Below, piece by piece: positions 17,657 through 26,225 of a stretch of DNA of 64,000 nt (position 1 is the first letter of the stretch; each line of letters begins with the position of its first letter). The notes under the pieces are model-generated. The model had not been told where the DNA came from. It did no database searches and saw only the letters and a list, made by a program, of their open reading frames with translations. This DNA comes from a virus (lineage: Duplodnaviria; Heunggongvirae; Uroviricota; Caudoviricetes): IMG/VR virus record IMGVR_UViG_3300017989_000052. One strand, given 5' to 3'. Position numbers and translations under genes: made by a program.

Positions 17657-18044
17657 ATTTCAAAGAAGAAAGGGAAATAGCGCCTGGTATAACTATATCC
17701 GGTTTAAGTCCTACCTTGCCATTCCTATCTTCCCAATACTATTAATATTAACTGGAATTTTTGTTCTTGTAACTTTTAGTTGTTTATACTTGGGTCGGCT
17801 ATACGAAAAAGTTAGGGGGTGTAATTGTTCTGGAAGTTGGTTTTTCTCATGGCCGTCACACAAGGATTATAACTACAACAACAAATGTCCTTACCATTAC
17901 GGGGTACTCCGAGCGAAAGAAGAGTTCGAGATATCTCTGGGGGAGGGGACAGACCCACGGGCCCTATTAACATCCCAAAATAAGTATATACGTAAATATG
18001 CTAAAAGGCACTTAAAGAAATGCGCACGTCAATCAGTGAAATAA
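17646..18044 (+). CDS. membrane protein with CxC...CPYH motif and C-terminal tag
   Basis: TM helix, GCNC...CPYH, LLTSQNKYIRKYAK. Confidence 0.65.
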   Translation: MLSRFQRRKGNSAWYNYIRFKSYLAIPIFPILLILTGIFVLVTFSCLYLGRLYEKVRGCNCSGSWFFSWPSHKDYNYNNKCPYHYGVLRAKEEFEISLGEGTDPRALLTSQNKYIRKYAKRHLKKCARQSVK

Positions 18045-18370
18045 TTGGGTTTGCTATTTCGGTTATCCTTTCTGGCCTTTTTCCACAATATATTCTGGTC
18101 ATTATCCCCCTTGTGTTTGGTTCAATGATTCTTTATCAAAAATCCCACGGCTGTACTTGCTTTTCTTGGAATGCCTCCCTACCTGACCGGCGGGATATCC
18201 CATGTCCTTATCATAGCCAGCTCTACGCAAAGGAAGAGGTTAAGAATGCAGCAAAATCAGGGAGGGGTGCCATTACTTCTCTCCTAACATCCAAGAATAA
18301 GTATTTCAGGTCTGCCGCAAGAGAGTTTCTTAAGAAACACCCCTTAACCAAAGGAAAAGACAATGAGTGA
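18020..18370 (+). CDS. membrane protein with CxC...CPYH motif and C-terminal tag
   Basis: TM helices, GCTC...CPYH, LLTSKNKYFRSAAR. Confidence 0.65.
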   Translation: MRTSISEIIGFAISVILSGLFPQYILVIIPLVFGSMILYQKSHGCTCFSWNASLPDRRDIPCPYHSQLYAKEEVKNAAKSGRGAITSLLTSKNKYFRSAAREFLKKHPLTKGKDNE

Positions 18371-19307
18371 AATTATCGTAATCGTTGGGTACCCCGCCGC
18401 CGGAAAATCCTCTCTCTGCAAGGAGTTTGAGGATCAGGGTTATATGCGGGTTAACCGTGATACCTTGGGCGGAACTCTAAAAGACCTTGCTGAATACGCA
18501 AAGAAGCTTATTAGCGAAGGGAAAAAGAAACTTGTTCTCGACAACACTTATGGCACGATTGAAAGCCGTAAGGTTGTAATTGAGCTTGGGAAAGAAACAA
18601 ACATCCCTGTTCGTTGTGTTTGGCTTGATACCAGTATTGAAGATTCCCAATTCAATGCCTGCATGAGGATGATGCAACGGTTTGGGAAGGTTCTAGCCCC
18701 AGACGAGATTAAGAAAAAGAAAGACCCTAACACTTTCCCGGCGGCAGTACAATTCAAGTATCGGAAGGCTTTTGAAAAACCAAAGAAAGAGGAAGGGTTT
18801 ACGTCTATAGAGAAAAGGAAGTTTGAGCGAGTCCTAGATCCGGAGTATTGTAACTCTGCTTTGATTCTTGACTACGATGGGTGTCTCAGAGAAACAAAAA
18901 GCGATAAAAAATACCCCACCAGCCCAGATGATATCCGAATTCTTCCGGGAAGGGGGGAGAAGCTTAAGAAGCTACTTAAAGATGATCCCTCGCTATTATT
19001 GTTGGGGGCTTCAAATCAAAGTGGAATCGCAAAGGGTGTTTTATCGGAAGAAGACGCCCGAGCTTGCTTCGATTTCACGAATAAGGAGCTCGGGGTTGAT
19101 ATCGAATATCGTTTCTGCCCCCATAAGGTCCCACCAATTTCTTGCTTCTGCCGGAAACCGATGCCTGGGATTGGCGTTTATTTTGTCGAAAAGTACAAAC
19201 TGAATCCTGAAAAGGTAACAATGGTTGGGGATATGAAATCAGATGAGACTTTCGCTAAACGGTGTGGGTTTAAGTTTATTCATTCTGACGATTTTTTCAA
19301 GGTATAA
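18363..19307 (+). CDS. polynucleotide kinase / 3'-phosphatase (PNKP-like, kinase-HAD)
   Basis: GYPAAGKS P-loop, RVNRD, VLDNT; HAD LDYDG, SNQSGI, CRKP, MVGD. Confidence 0.85.
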   Translation: MSEIIVIVGYPAAGKSSLCKEFEDQGYMRVNRDTLGGTLKDLAEYAKKLISEGKKKLVLDNTYGTIESRKVVIELGKETNIPVRCVWLDTSIEDSQFNACMRMMQRFGKVLAPDEIKKKKDPNTFPAAVQFKYRKAFEKPKKEEGFTSIEKRKFERVLDPEYCNSALILDYDGCLRETKSDKKYPTSPDDIRILPGRGEKLKKLLKDDPSLLLLGASNQSGIAKGVLSEEDARACFDFTNKELGVDIEYRFCPHKVPPISCFCRKPMPGIGVYFVEKYKLNPEKVTMVGDMKSDETFAKRCGFKFIHSDDFFKV

Positions 19308-19351
19308 AATTCTGTAGATTGCCGTAGGCCTAAGCAACAGAAAGGCAACTG

Positions 19352-20431
19352 ATGGACAGCAAGGAAATAAAACCAGGGTTCTACTGGTGTGAATGGAATC
19401 ATGGGCCTATCCAAAAAGTTGTAGGATACTACGTCGAAGATAGGTTATATTTCTCAGCGTGGGGAGGTCATCCGGGTGGCTGGTGGGCTGAGTATATCGC
19501 AAAACGAGCGAAACGGCTTATTCCAATCCCGGATAAACCGCCGAAGCAAGGGGTATCGGCGAAAGAGGACACAATGTCTCATACCCCTAAGTGGTTAGTT
19601 GTTTATTCGGGTAGTAAATTCGCACAGGATGCTGCTAATAAAATTTGTGGCTTGCTACAAAAACGCAGGATCGATTTTGAAAAATGTTCTGTTTTCGAAA
19701 TTTCAAAGAAAATACCGCTCGAAATTCAACAAACTTTCAACCTAGCTATTGTCTGTGGTGGAGACGGTACAATTCTTGGAACTCAACGGCAGCTTAAAGT
19801 CGAAAATCTCCCCCTAGTTGGAGTCAACCTGGGCCGATTGGGCTTTCTTGCTGAATTTGAATTTTCAAAATTCGAAGAAAAGATTGACCAGTTAGCCGAA
19901 AAATTCGAATTACGCAACCGGTTAAGGTTAAGAACAACTCTTTCTCGGAATAATAAAGTTATCTTCGAAGAAATTGCATTAAACGAAGCAGCGATAACCC
20001 AATCAGGGATTTCCCGTATGGTTGGGGTAAACGTTTTCATAAACAATCAATTTTGTGGAAATATTCAAGGAGATGGGTTATTGATCGCAACCCCATCTGG
20101 GTCTACTGCCTACTCCTTAGCAGCAGGAGGATCTCTAGCACACCCGGAATTAGAGACAATTCTATTAACGCCCATTTGTTCCCATTCCTTAACAGTACGT
20201 CCTATTATCTTGCCGCCGGATCGAAATATAAAAGTGAAACTGATGGATGACAGAAAAGCCGCAACCGTTGTTACGGTTGATGGGCAGGTTTCAGTCGAGA
20301 TGCAAGTGGGCGACGAGTTACTTGTTTCTAGAGCTCCAGATTTATTGACTGTTAAATCCACAACACATAACTTCTTCGATGCCTTGCAAACAAAACTAAA
20401 TTGGTCTGGGCATGCAAACCTCCCACAATAA
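19352..20431 (+). CDS. nadK: NAD kinase (core probably starts at ATG 19574; in-frame N-terminal extension)
   Basis: GGDGTIL, GVNLGRLGFL, ALNEA, GDGLLIATPSGSTAYSLAAGG. Confidence 0.93.
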   Translation: MDSKEIKPGFYWCEWNHGPIQKVVGYYVEDRLYFSAWGGHPGGWWAEYIAKRAKRLIPIPDKPPKQGVSAKEDTMSHTPKWLVVYSGSKFAQDAANKICGLLQKRRIDFEKCSVFEISKKIPLEIQQTFNLAIVCGGDGTILGTQRQLKVENLPLVGVNLGRLGFLAEFEFSKFEEKIDQLAEKFELRNRLRLRTTLSRNNKVIFEEIALNEAAITQSGISRMVGVNVFINNQFCGNIQGDGLLIATPSGSTAYSLAAGGSLAHPELETILLTPICSHSLTVRPIILPPDRNIKVKLMDDRKAATVVTVDGQVSVEMQVGDELLVSRAPDLLTVKSTTHNFFDALQTKLNWSGHANLPQ

Positions 20432-20493
20432 TCTTTTAATCTTTAGGCCAAAAATTAGTATAAAGGAGGAAGAACTCTATTAGAAAGGCCAGA

Positions 20494-21063
20494 ATGATTG
20501 AGAGACAAACAAAGGCAGGGATTATTCAAACTTCCTCCGGATTGAAATTTGATATTTGCAATCCAAATCCCGAGCTAATAAATATTGAAGATATTGCGGA
20601 TGCGCTTTCAAAACTTTGCCGGTTTGGAGGCCATACGACATCGTTCTATAGTGTAGCGCAACATTGTTGCCTTGTTGCCTTACAACTCCCCCTTGACCTA
20701 GCCATGTGGGGTTTATTGCACGACGCATCGGAGGCTTACTTAGTTGACATTCCATCCCCGATTAAAAAGTTACTTCCGACTTATATTGAGTTTGAAGAAG
20801 GGTTACACCAAGCAGTTGCGAAGAAGTTTGACCTTTCTTGGCCTATGCCAGAGGCTGTGAAATGGGCCGATGAAATTGCGCTGGCAACGGAAGCCCGAGA
20901 CCTTATGGGAAGCGTTGGGAAAAAACGATGGGGAAGCCTTAAAGGCATTCCAATGCTTCAAGATAAAGTTGTCCCCGTTACGTCAGATGTTGCGTATCGG
21001 GATTTTCTCAAACACTATGAGATTTTAAGTAATTTCATAGAACACCAAAAGGAAGCTTCTTAG
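20494..21063 (+). CDS. HD-domain 5'-deoxynucleotidase (YfbR/YfdR-like)
   Basis: IEDIADALS..CRFGGH, YSVAQHC, LLHDASEAY. Confidence 0.85.
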   Translation: MIERQTKAGIIQTSSGLKFDICNPNPELINIEDIADALSKLCRFGGHTTSFYSVAQHCCLVALQLPLDLAMWGLLHDASEAYLVDIPSPIKKLLPTYIEFEEGLHQAVAKKFDLSWPMPEAVKWADEIALATEARDLMGSVGKKRWGSLKGIPMLQDKVVPVTSDVAYRDFLKHYEILSNFIEHQKEAS

Positions 21064-21434
21064 GTGGGCAGGTAACCGCGGCAGCAATGTCGAGGAAAGT
21101 CCGGACTCCCCAGAGCAAGAAAGTCGCTAACAGCGACCGGGCGCGAGCCTAGGGAAAGTGCCACAGAAAATAAACCGCCGATGGCCCTCTTTGGGCACAG
21201 GTGACGATGAAAAGGTGGGGTAAGAGCCCACCGCCGTTTCTGGCGACAGAGCGGGCATGGTAAACCCTTTCTGGAGCAAGCTCAAACAGACTGGAGGTGT
21301 TGCTCGCACCATTTGACAGTCGGGTAGAGTGCAGGAGGCAAAAGCCCCTACTCAGGTCGCGCCAGGACCCAAAAAATAGCCTGAGTAAGATGAATGGTTA
21401 CCCAACGACAGAATCCGGCTTATTCCTACCTAAG
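21059..21434 (+). ncRNA. rnpB: RNase P RNA, bacterial type A
   Basis: GAGGAAAGUCC, GAAAGUGCCACAGAAA, GGUAAGAGCCCACC, GGUAAACCC..GGAGCAAG and ACAGAAUCCGGCUUA; P1 closes cttaggtggg/cctacctaag. Confidence 0.95.
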
Positions 21435-21470
21435 CAAGTTTTCCCTTCCCTCAGCCAACGGAAAAAATTA

Positions 21471-21734
21471 ATGGCTACTCCAAAAGCACACCTTGTCCCT
21501 GGAAACAAAGTTGTTGTTACTAATAAAGGAAAAGGCATTAACACTCCGGTAATATTAACGGCTAAACCCGGGTCCGCTTTAAGTGGGTTTTGCGAGCCCC
21601 CTATTGGGACAATTCTTAAGATTCTCGGCCCTCCTAGAAGGACTGAAGGAATTAACACCATTAAGGTAGAGTGTGGAGAACAGATTTTTGAAGCCTACTA
21701 CTGTACGATAAGGTATAGTACGGAACCTGTCTAA
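21471..21734 (+). CDS. hypothetical protein
   Basis: In-frame ATG downstream of rnpB. Confidence 0.5.
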   Translation: MATPKAHLVPGNKVVVTNKGKGINTPVILTAKPGSALSGFCEPPIGTILKILGPPRRTEGINTIKVECGEQIFEAYYCTIRYSTEPV

Positions 21735-21765
21735 CCATTTCTAACCTCGAGCAAGGAGAAAGCCG

Positions 21766-22323
21766 ATGATCGTAAATGTTATCAACCCAGAGGCCTATAA
21801 TCCCTTCACCCGAACCCAAGAAGAACTTCAAATGGGGTTTAGAGAAGACCAAGAATCTGCAAGGGAGGTTTTTGAAGAATGGAATAAGGATATTGACTTT
21901 CCAGATTTTTCCCTACCCCCCAAACAATGGGTTGCACAAATCCCCGATAAATTTAAGTTCAAGGTTCCGAAAGGCACAAAAATTCTATTTGCCACCTACG
22001 GGGAAGAGGATGAAACTGAAGGGGATTTTAAAGGAACTGCGCTAGAAAAAGATAGCAGCGGCCTTGTTGGTTTAAATGGGGACTGGTCCACTCTTCCAGA
22101 GTTTGAGCTTATTGTAGATGACGACGAAACTTTTGTTATTAACGTTGATCTTGCTCGTTATGGTGACGATATTTTCACAAATGACCAGGTAGTTTGGATG
22201 GTTGATAAGGCAGGTAATCTTTATCAGCTAGGGGGTGAACCGGCAGGATGTACAAAAAAAGACCCCGATTCTATTAATCCTTCTCTTTTTAATCTTTATG
22301 ATTATGTTGTAAAACACCAATAA
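21766..22323 (+). CDS. hypothetical acidic protein
   Basis: 185 aa, AGGAG RBS. Confidence 0.6.
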   Translation: MIVNVINPEAYNPFTRTQEELQMGFREDQESAREVFEEWNKDIDFPDFSLPPKQWVAQIPDKFKFKVPKGTKILFATYGEEDETEGDFKGTALEKDSSGLVGLNGDWSTLPEFELIVDDDETFVINVDLARYGDDIFTNDQVVWMVDKAGNLYQLGGEPAGCTKKDPDSINPSLFNLYDYVVKHQ

Positions 22324-22326
22324 TCT

Positions 22327-22355
22327 ATCGTTTAACTTAAGATCTTCCTTATATA
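22327..22355 (+). promoter_or_regulatory. putative phage promoter (CGTT-N17-TATAT class)
   Basis: atcgtt-N17-tatata upstream of the Thg1/tRNA cluster. Confidence 0.65.
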
Positions 22356-22433
22356 ATTGCTATAGAGGATTATACAAAGCAGTTAACCCAATTCCGGGAT
22401 TTACGTTTTAGAAAAGGAAACCGGGGATTAAAG

Positions 22434-23144
22434 ATGGATAAAACATCACTAGGCGATCGAATGAAACGTTTCGAGGGGATTACTAATCCAGTTGTTGTCC
22501 CCCGAATGCCCATTATTTTGCGGGTTGATGGAAAAGCTTTCCACAACTGGGTAAAGAAAATTAATGCCGAAAAGCCCTTTGACCAGCGGCTACTTGACGC
22601 AATGGGCGATACAGCAATTGAGCTTTGCCAAGAGATTCAGGGGGCTGTTTTTGCTTATCAGCAATCCGACGAAATCTCAATCTTGATTCACCCTTACCAG
22701 AATCTTGAAAGCCAGCCGTGGTTTGGCGGTAAATTACAAAAGATGGTTTCAATCTCTGCCGCAACTGCGAGTTCCTTTATGTCCCTGCGGTTTGGCATTA
22801 AAACTATCTTCGATTCAAGGGTTTTTGTTCTCCCAGAAAATGAGGTTATTAACTATTTCATCTGGCGCCAACAGGATGCCTCCCGAAACTCTGTCCAGAT
22901 GGTGGCAAGAAGCAAGTTTTCACACAAGGCTTGCAACAATAAGTCCTGTAATGAGTTGCAAGAGATGCTTTGGCAAGAACATAACCTTAACTGGAACGAT
23001 CTGCCTCCCGTTCAGAAGCGTGGGCTTGGTATTCTCCGGAGAGACGGGAAATGGGATAAGGATTTTGATATCCCAATCTTTACTCAGGATAGGGATTACA
23101 TTAAAAACTTATTTTTCCAGAAAACTGAGGAAGTAAAAGAGTAA
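22434..23144 (+). CDS. tRNA(His) guanylyltransferase Thg1-like protein (3'-5' polymerase)
   Basis: LGDRMK, LRVDGKAFH, QSDEISIL, FDSRVF, YFIWRQQDASRNS. Confidence 0.93.
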   Translation: MDKTSLGDRMKRFEGITNPVVVPRMPIILRVDGKAFHNWVKKINAEKPFDQRLLDAMGDTAIELCQEIQGAVFAYQQSDEISILIHPYQNLESQPWFGGKLQKMVSISAATASSFMSLRFGIKTIFDSRVFVLPENEVINYFIWRQQDASRNSVQMVARSKFSHKACNNKSCNELQEMLWQEHNLNWNDLPPVQKRGLGILRRDGKWDKDFDIPIFTQDRDYIKNLFFQKTEEVKE

Positions 23145-23206
23145 TAATCTATTAATATAAGGATTGGCCTTCAAACGCTGATCTATTTCATAGGAGGTCA
23201 AAGGCA

Positions 23207-23305
23207 ATGGAACAAAACTATATCCACATCCGCCACTCACATCTGAGGCACTCCTATCTTCATCGCCCTGGTACGGGCCTACGACTTAAGCGAAAACATA
23301 GCTAA
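23207..23305 (+). CDS. His-rich 32-aa small ORF
   Basis: AGGAGG upstream; MEQNYIHIRHSHLRHSYLHRPGTGLRLKRKHS; below the ORF-track cutoff. Confidence 0.45.
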   Translation: MEQNYIHIRHSHLRHSYLHRPGTGLRLKRKHS

Positions 23306-23398
23306 GACTTCACATTAAAAATTCGTCTGGGATGGCAGCTACCACAATAGGATATCTTTCTAGTGGTAGGGGAAAATTGGGGTTTAATCGTGTATTTT

Positions 23399-23471
23399 GG
23401 GTCCATAGCTCAGCAGGCAGAGCAGCGGCCTTTTAAGCCGATGGTCGGGGGTTCGATTCCCTCTGGACCCA
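23399..23471 (+). tRNA. tRNA-Lys(UUU)
   Basis: Cloverleaf gggtcca/tggaccc, anticodon loop CT-TTT-AA, TTCGA T-loop. Confidence 0.93.
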
Positions 23472-23477
23472 TAGAAA

Positions 23478-23548
23478 GCGATGCTAGCATAATGGGAATG
23501 CACCGGATTGCCGGTCCGGGTATACGAGTTCGATTCTCGTGCGTCGCT
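23478..23548 (+). tRNA. tRNA-Gly(GCC)
   Basis: gcgatgc/gcgtcgc, ccgga-TTGCCGG-tccgg, U73. Confidence 0.88.
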
Positions 23549-23552
23549 TAAA

Positions 23553-23628
23553 AGTCCTGTGGGCAAGTTGGCAAAGCCGCCTGAATGAGGTTCAGGAGAT
23601 TTTGAGGGTTCGACCCCCTCCAGGACTA
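23553..23628 (+). tRNA. tRNA with GAG anticodon (Leu-type), short variable region
   Basis: agtcctg/caggact, cctga-ATGAGGT-tcagg, A73; variable region only 7 nt. Confidence 0.75.
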
Positions 23629-23671
23629 TGTGACGTTGTTCGGTTTCTCTACTTTTATGGAGAAGATTGAA

Positions 23672-23923
23672 ATGCGGAATATCAAGGTATTCAAGTTTAG
23701 CGAGTTGCCAAAGGCCTATGCGGCAACGGTTCTAGAAGATGCCCCATCAATGAATGCCGATGGAAGGTATTGGTTCAAGTTTGTAGGTAATGTGGTTGAG
23801 GATGCGGCAGTTGACCCAAAAGGATTTGACCCTGAATATGTTGAGATTTATCGGGAAGCAGATGTATTCTTCTATGAAAGTGGGTGCGAAAACGGGGAAT
23901 CAATCCTAATTGAACAAGATTAA
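23672..23923 (+). CDS. hypothetical protein
   Basis: In-frame ATG at 23672 with GGAG upstream, between tRNAs. Confidence 0.5.
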   Translation: MRNIKVFKFSELPKAYAATVLEDAPSMNADGRYWFKFVGNVVEDAAVDPKGFDPEYVEIYREADVFFYESGCENGESILIEQD

Positions 23924-23928
23924 CTGCT

Positions 23929-24001
23929 GGGAGTGTAGCTCAATTGGAAGAGCTCCAACCTCTTAAGTTGGATGTTTGGGGTTCAAGTCCCCACACTCCC
24001 A
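23929..24001 (+). tRNA. tRNA-Lys(CUU)
   Basis: gggagtg/cactccc, ccaac-CTCTTAA-gttgg. Confidence 0.93.
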
Positions 24002-24006
24002 TATAT

Positions 24007-24091
24007 GGTGGGTATGGCGGAATTGGTATACGCGCAAGACTGTGGATCTTGTGGGCAATAGCCCTTGTGGGTTCGAACCCCACTATCCACC
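24007..24091 (+). tRNA. tRNA-His(GUG) with G-1:C73 and a long variable arm
   Basis: g-gtgggta/tatccac-c, caaga-CTGTGGA-tcttg, variable arm gggc-aata-gccc, Leu-like D-arm. Confidence 0.88.
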
Positions 24092-24120
24092 CTTTCAGTT
24101 TTCTTAAAAAGGAAACCCTA

Positions 24121-24294
24121 ATGAATCAGAGAGAAATGTTTGAAAAATCATTCTTACGGCCTAAAGATTTCTTTTCCTTATCCCCCGAGAAACAATGGGA
24201 AATTGATAAATCTTTAGGTATCCTTGATTGGGATGGTTCGGGGCTATCTAACGCGGATAAGCAAAGGTTTCGGGAGCATTACTCAAAACCCTGA
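24121..24294 (+). CDS. small hypothetical protein
   Basis: In-frame ATG at 24121 with AAGGA RBS; the upstream part of the track ORF overlaps tRNAs. Confidence 0.55.
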   Translation: MNQREMFEKSFLRPKDFFSLSPEKQWEIDKSLGILDWDGSGLSNADKQRFREHYSKP

Positions 24295-24350
24295 AAAGGC
24301 TGTAAAAAGATTCTGGCCAGGTATGGGTTAATCTAAGGGACCAAAGAAAA

Positions 24351-24731
24351 ATGGTTGAAGTGGGTACAAAAGAATCAGAAATATATCTACTCATAATTGA
24401 ATCTCGCGAGTTCCCTCTACAGTATACGATTCCTTTAGGGCACTATCCGTCTGAGGAAGACATTAAAATATTAATTATGTCCTCTTCGGAAATGTTCACC
24501 GATGACCTTATCCTAGATATGGAATTTAGTTTTCAACCTACTAGATCGGGGATCTTGGTTTTAACATATAATAGTTCCCCCACTCTTGGGGAACTTCAGA
24601 ATCTTTATGATTTTTATCTCAAGAAAGAAGTAATTAGAAATTCTCCTTCCTTGGAGGCACTTCTCACACATAAACAGGCATTTATAAGAGAATACGCAAA
24701 GAAAAAGTGCCAAAAGGAATTAAATGTTTAG
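24351..24731 (+). CDS. hypothetical protein with C-terminal tag
   Basis: LLTHKQAFIREYAK. Confidence 0.65.
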   Translation: MVEVGTKESEIYLLIIESREFPLQYTIPLGHYPSEEDIKILIMSSSEMFTDDLILDMEFSFQPTRSGILVLTYNSSPTLGELQNLYDFYLKKEVIRNSPSLEALLTHKQAFIREYAKKKCQKELNV

Positions 24732-25122
24732 ATTAATTATAGAGGGAGTCCCCTCCCAAATAACTTTTGAAGAATTCCCAGAACATGCGGAGTTGCTCCC
24801 ATACCTGATCTCTTATTTAGAAGAGCAATATTCTGTTAAAAATTGTGATGCAATTAATTTTTGCAAAATAATTTTAACGCGAGATTGTTATTCTGGATGC
24901 TTAGTATTAGTTTGGAAAGATGAAGTTTGCTGGGTTGCAGGAGCATTTGACAAGGAAGAGGACGTACCTTACGAATTGGTAGATACATCAGAGGAGAAGA
25001 ACGAGCCTAAGTATATAGTTGGGGTAGAATTTCAGCCCTTAACTATGTATCTAACACATGAAGCCGAAGCAATAAGAAAACTAGCGAAAAAAGTTTTGGA
25101 AAGACCGGAGATTGCCCAATGA
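24724..25122 (+). CDS. hypothetical protein with C-terminal tag
   Basis: YLTHEAEAIRKLAK. Confidence 0.65.
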   Translation: MFRLIIEGVPSQITFEEFPEHAELLPYLISYLEEQYSVKNCDAINFCKIILTRDCYSGCLVLVWKDEVCWVAGAFDKEEDVPYELVDTSEEKNEPKYIVGVEFQPLTMYLTHEAEAIRKLAKKVLERPEIAQ

Positions 25123-25688
25123 CGTGGTATGCTAGAATTACAAAGAACACCTTTTCAACGACCTATAAATTAGGAGAGGCAGGGTCCGAAAAGGAAGCTA
25201 AAAAACTTTTGTGTGAAAATCTTTCTGTTAAAAAATTACCTGGGAAGGTAGACATCCGAGAAATCGAGGAAGTTAAATCCTTTTCAGATTTCTTAATAAT
25301 TGTTGAATCCTTAAAAATCACCACCTCCCACTATGTACCGGGATGGCGTAGTTGTGTTCTCAATGATTATATTTTAATAAGTTGGGAACTCGGTGGTTAT
25401 GAAAAATCTGTTGAAGACGTCAGCGAATTTAAAAATATTGAGATTTATAGGCCCTGCGGGGGAGAGCCAGAAAAAGAATTTCTAGACCTACTTAAAATAA
25501 TAGAAAAATTTGTCCCAGAAATTACTTTTATCCAATATAAACTACTCTGTGCCGAACTAACTGAAACTTCTACTCAAACAGACGACTGGGGAACTATAAC
25601 AGCATGTAAACAAGTTTCGTTGAGAGCCCTGTATAACTATTTAGTCTCCAGGGACTGGGTGAAAGGTCGAAAGGTTAAAATCACATGA
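25119..25688 (+). CDS. hypothetical protein
   Basis: 189 aa coupled ORF. Confidence 0.6.
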   Translation: MTWYARITKNTFSTTYKLGEAGSEKEAKKLLCENLSVKKLPGKVDIREIEEVKSFSDFLIIVESLKITTSHYVPGWRSCVLNDYILISWELGGYEKSVEDVSEFKNIEIYRPCGGEPEKEFLDLLKIIEKFVPEITFIQYKLLCAELTETSTQTDDWGTITACKQVSLRALYNYLVSRDWVKGRKVKIT

Positions 25689-26104
25689 TTAAGCTCTTCC
25701 GCAACTTTGCCGATTGGGTTCGTCTCTATTTCTGGGATCGCTTTGATGTTGTGAAAGCGAAAAACCTTAAACGGGGCCGTTATTATGATAAAGATTGGCA
25801 AATGATGAGTGTTTGCTTCCAGCTTCTTGTTGATTATGTTGAAGTTGAAGCCGACCAAATCAACTGGAAAGAAGAGCCTTATGCAGGCATCTGGAAAGAG
25901 ATGCAAGAGCTTTATTCCTGGTGGACTAAAGACCGCAAAATTCGGGAAGAAAAAGGAGACAGTATGTTGTTAAGTACTTCCTGGGATAAGGAATTTAGCA
26001 AGGAGGAACGTGAGAACTGGTTTAAGTTCGATATTGCTTGTGGTGAAGAAGATACCGAGATGCTTATTCGCTTGATGAAAATTCGTCCGCATCTTTGGTC
26101 TTAA
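25685..26104 (+). CDS. conserved-looking hypothetical phage protein
   Basis: Trp-rich; FQLLVDYVE, ELYSWW, C-terminal LIRLMKIRPHLWS. Confidence 0.65.
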   Translation: MIKLFRNFADWVRLYFWDRFDVVKAKNLKRGRYYDKDWQMMSVCFQLLVDYVEVEADQINWKEEPYAGIWKEMQELYSWWTKDRKIREEKGDSMLLSTSWDKEFSKEERENWFKFDIACGEEDTEMLIRLMKIRPHLWS

Positions 26105-26109
26105 AATTT

Positions 26110-26197
26110 GGGAGTGTGGCGAAATTGGCTTACGCGCGAGGCTTAGGCCCTCGTGAGGGATAAAACCCTCTTGTGGGTTCGAATCCCACCACTCCTA
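26110..26197 (+). tRNA. tRNA-Leu(UAG)
   Basis: gggagtg/cactcct, cgagg-CTTAGGC-cctcg, long variable arm, A73. Confidence 0.93.
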
Positions 26198-26225
26198 CTA
26201 ACTAAGTTCCTTTTTAGGAGGCCTA

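Noticed and set aside
21127-21470. ORF 21127..21312 (-) and the N-terminal part of 21297..21734
   Set aside because: They overlap the RNase P RNA; the real CDS probably starts at 21471.
23363-24120. ORFs 23363..23551, 23384..23566 and the N-terminal part of 23944..24294
   Set aside because: They are translations of tRNA genes.
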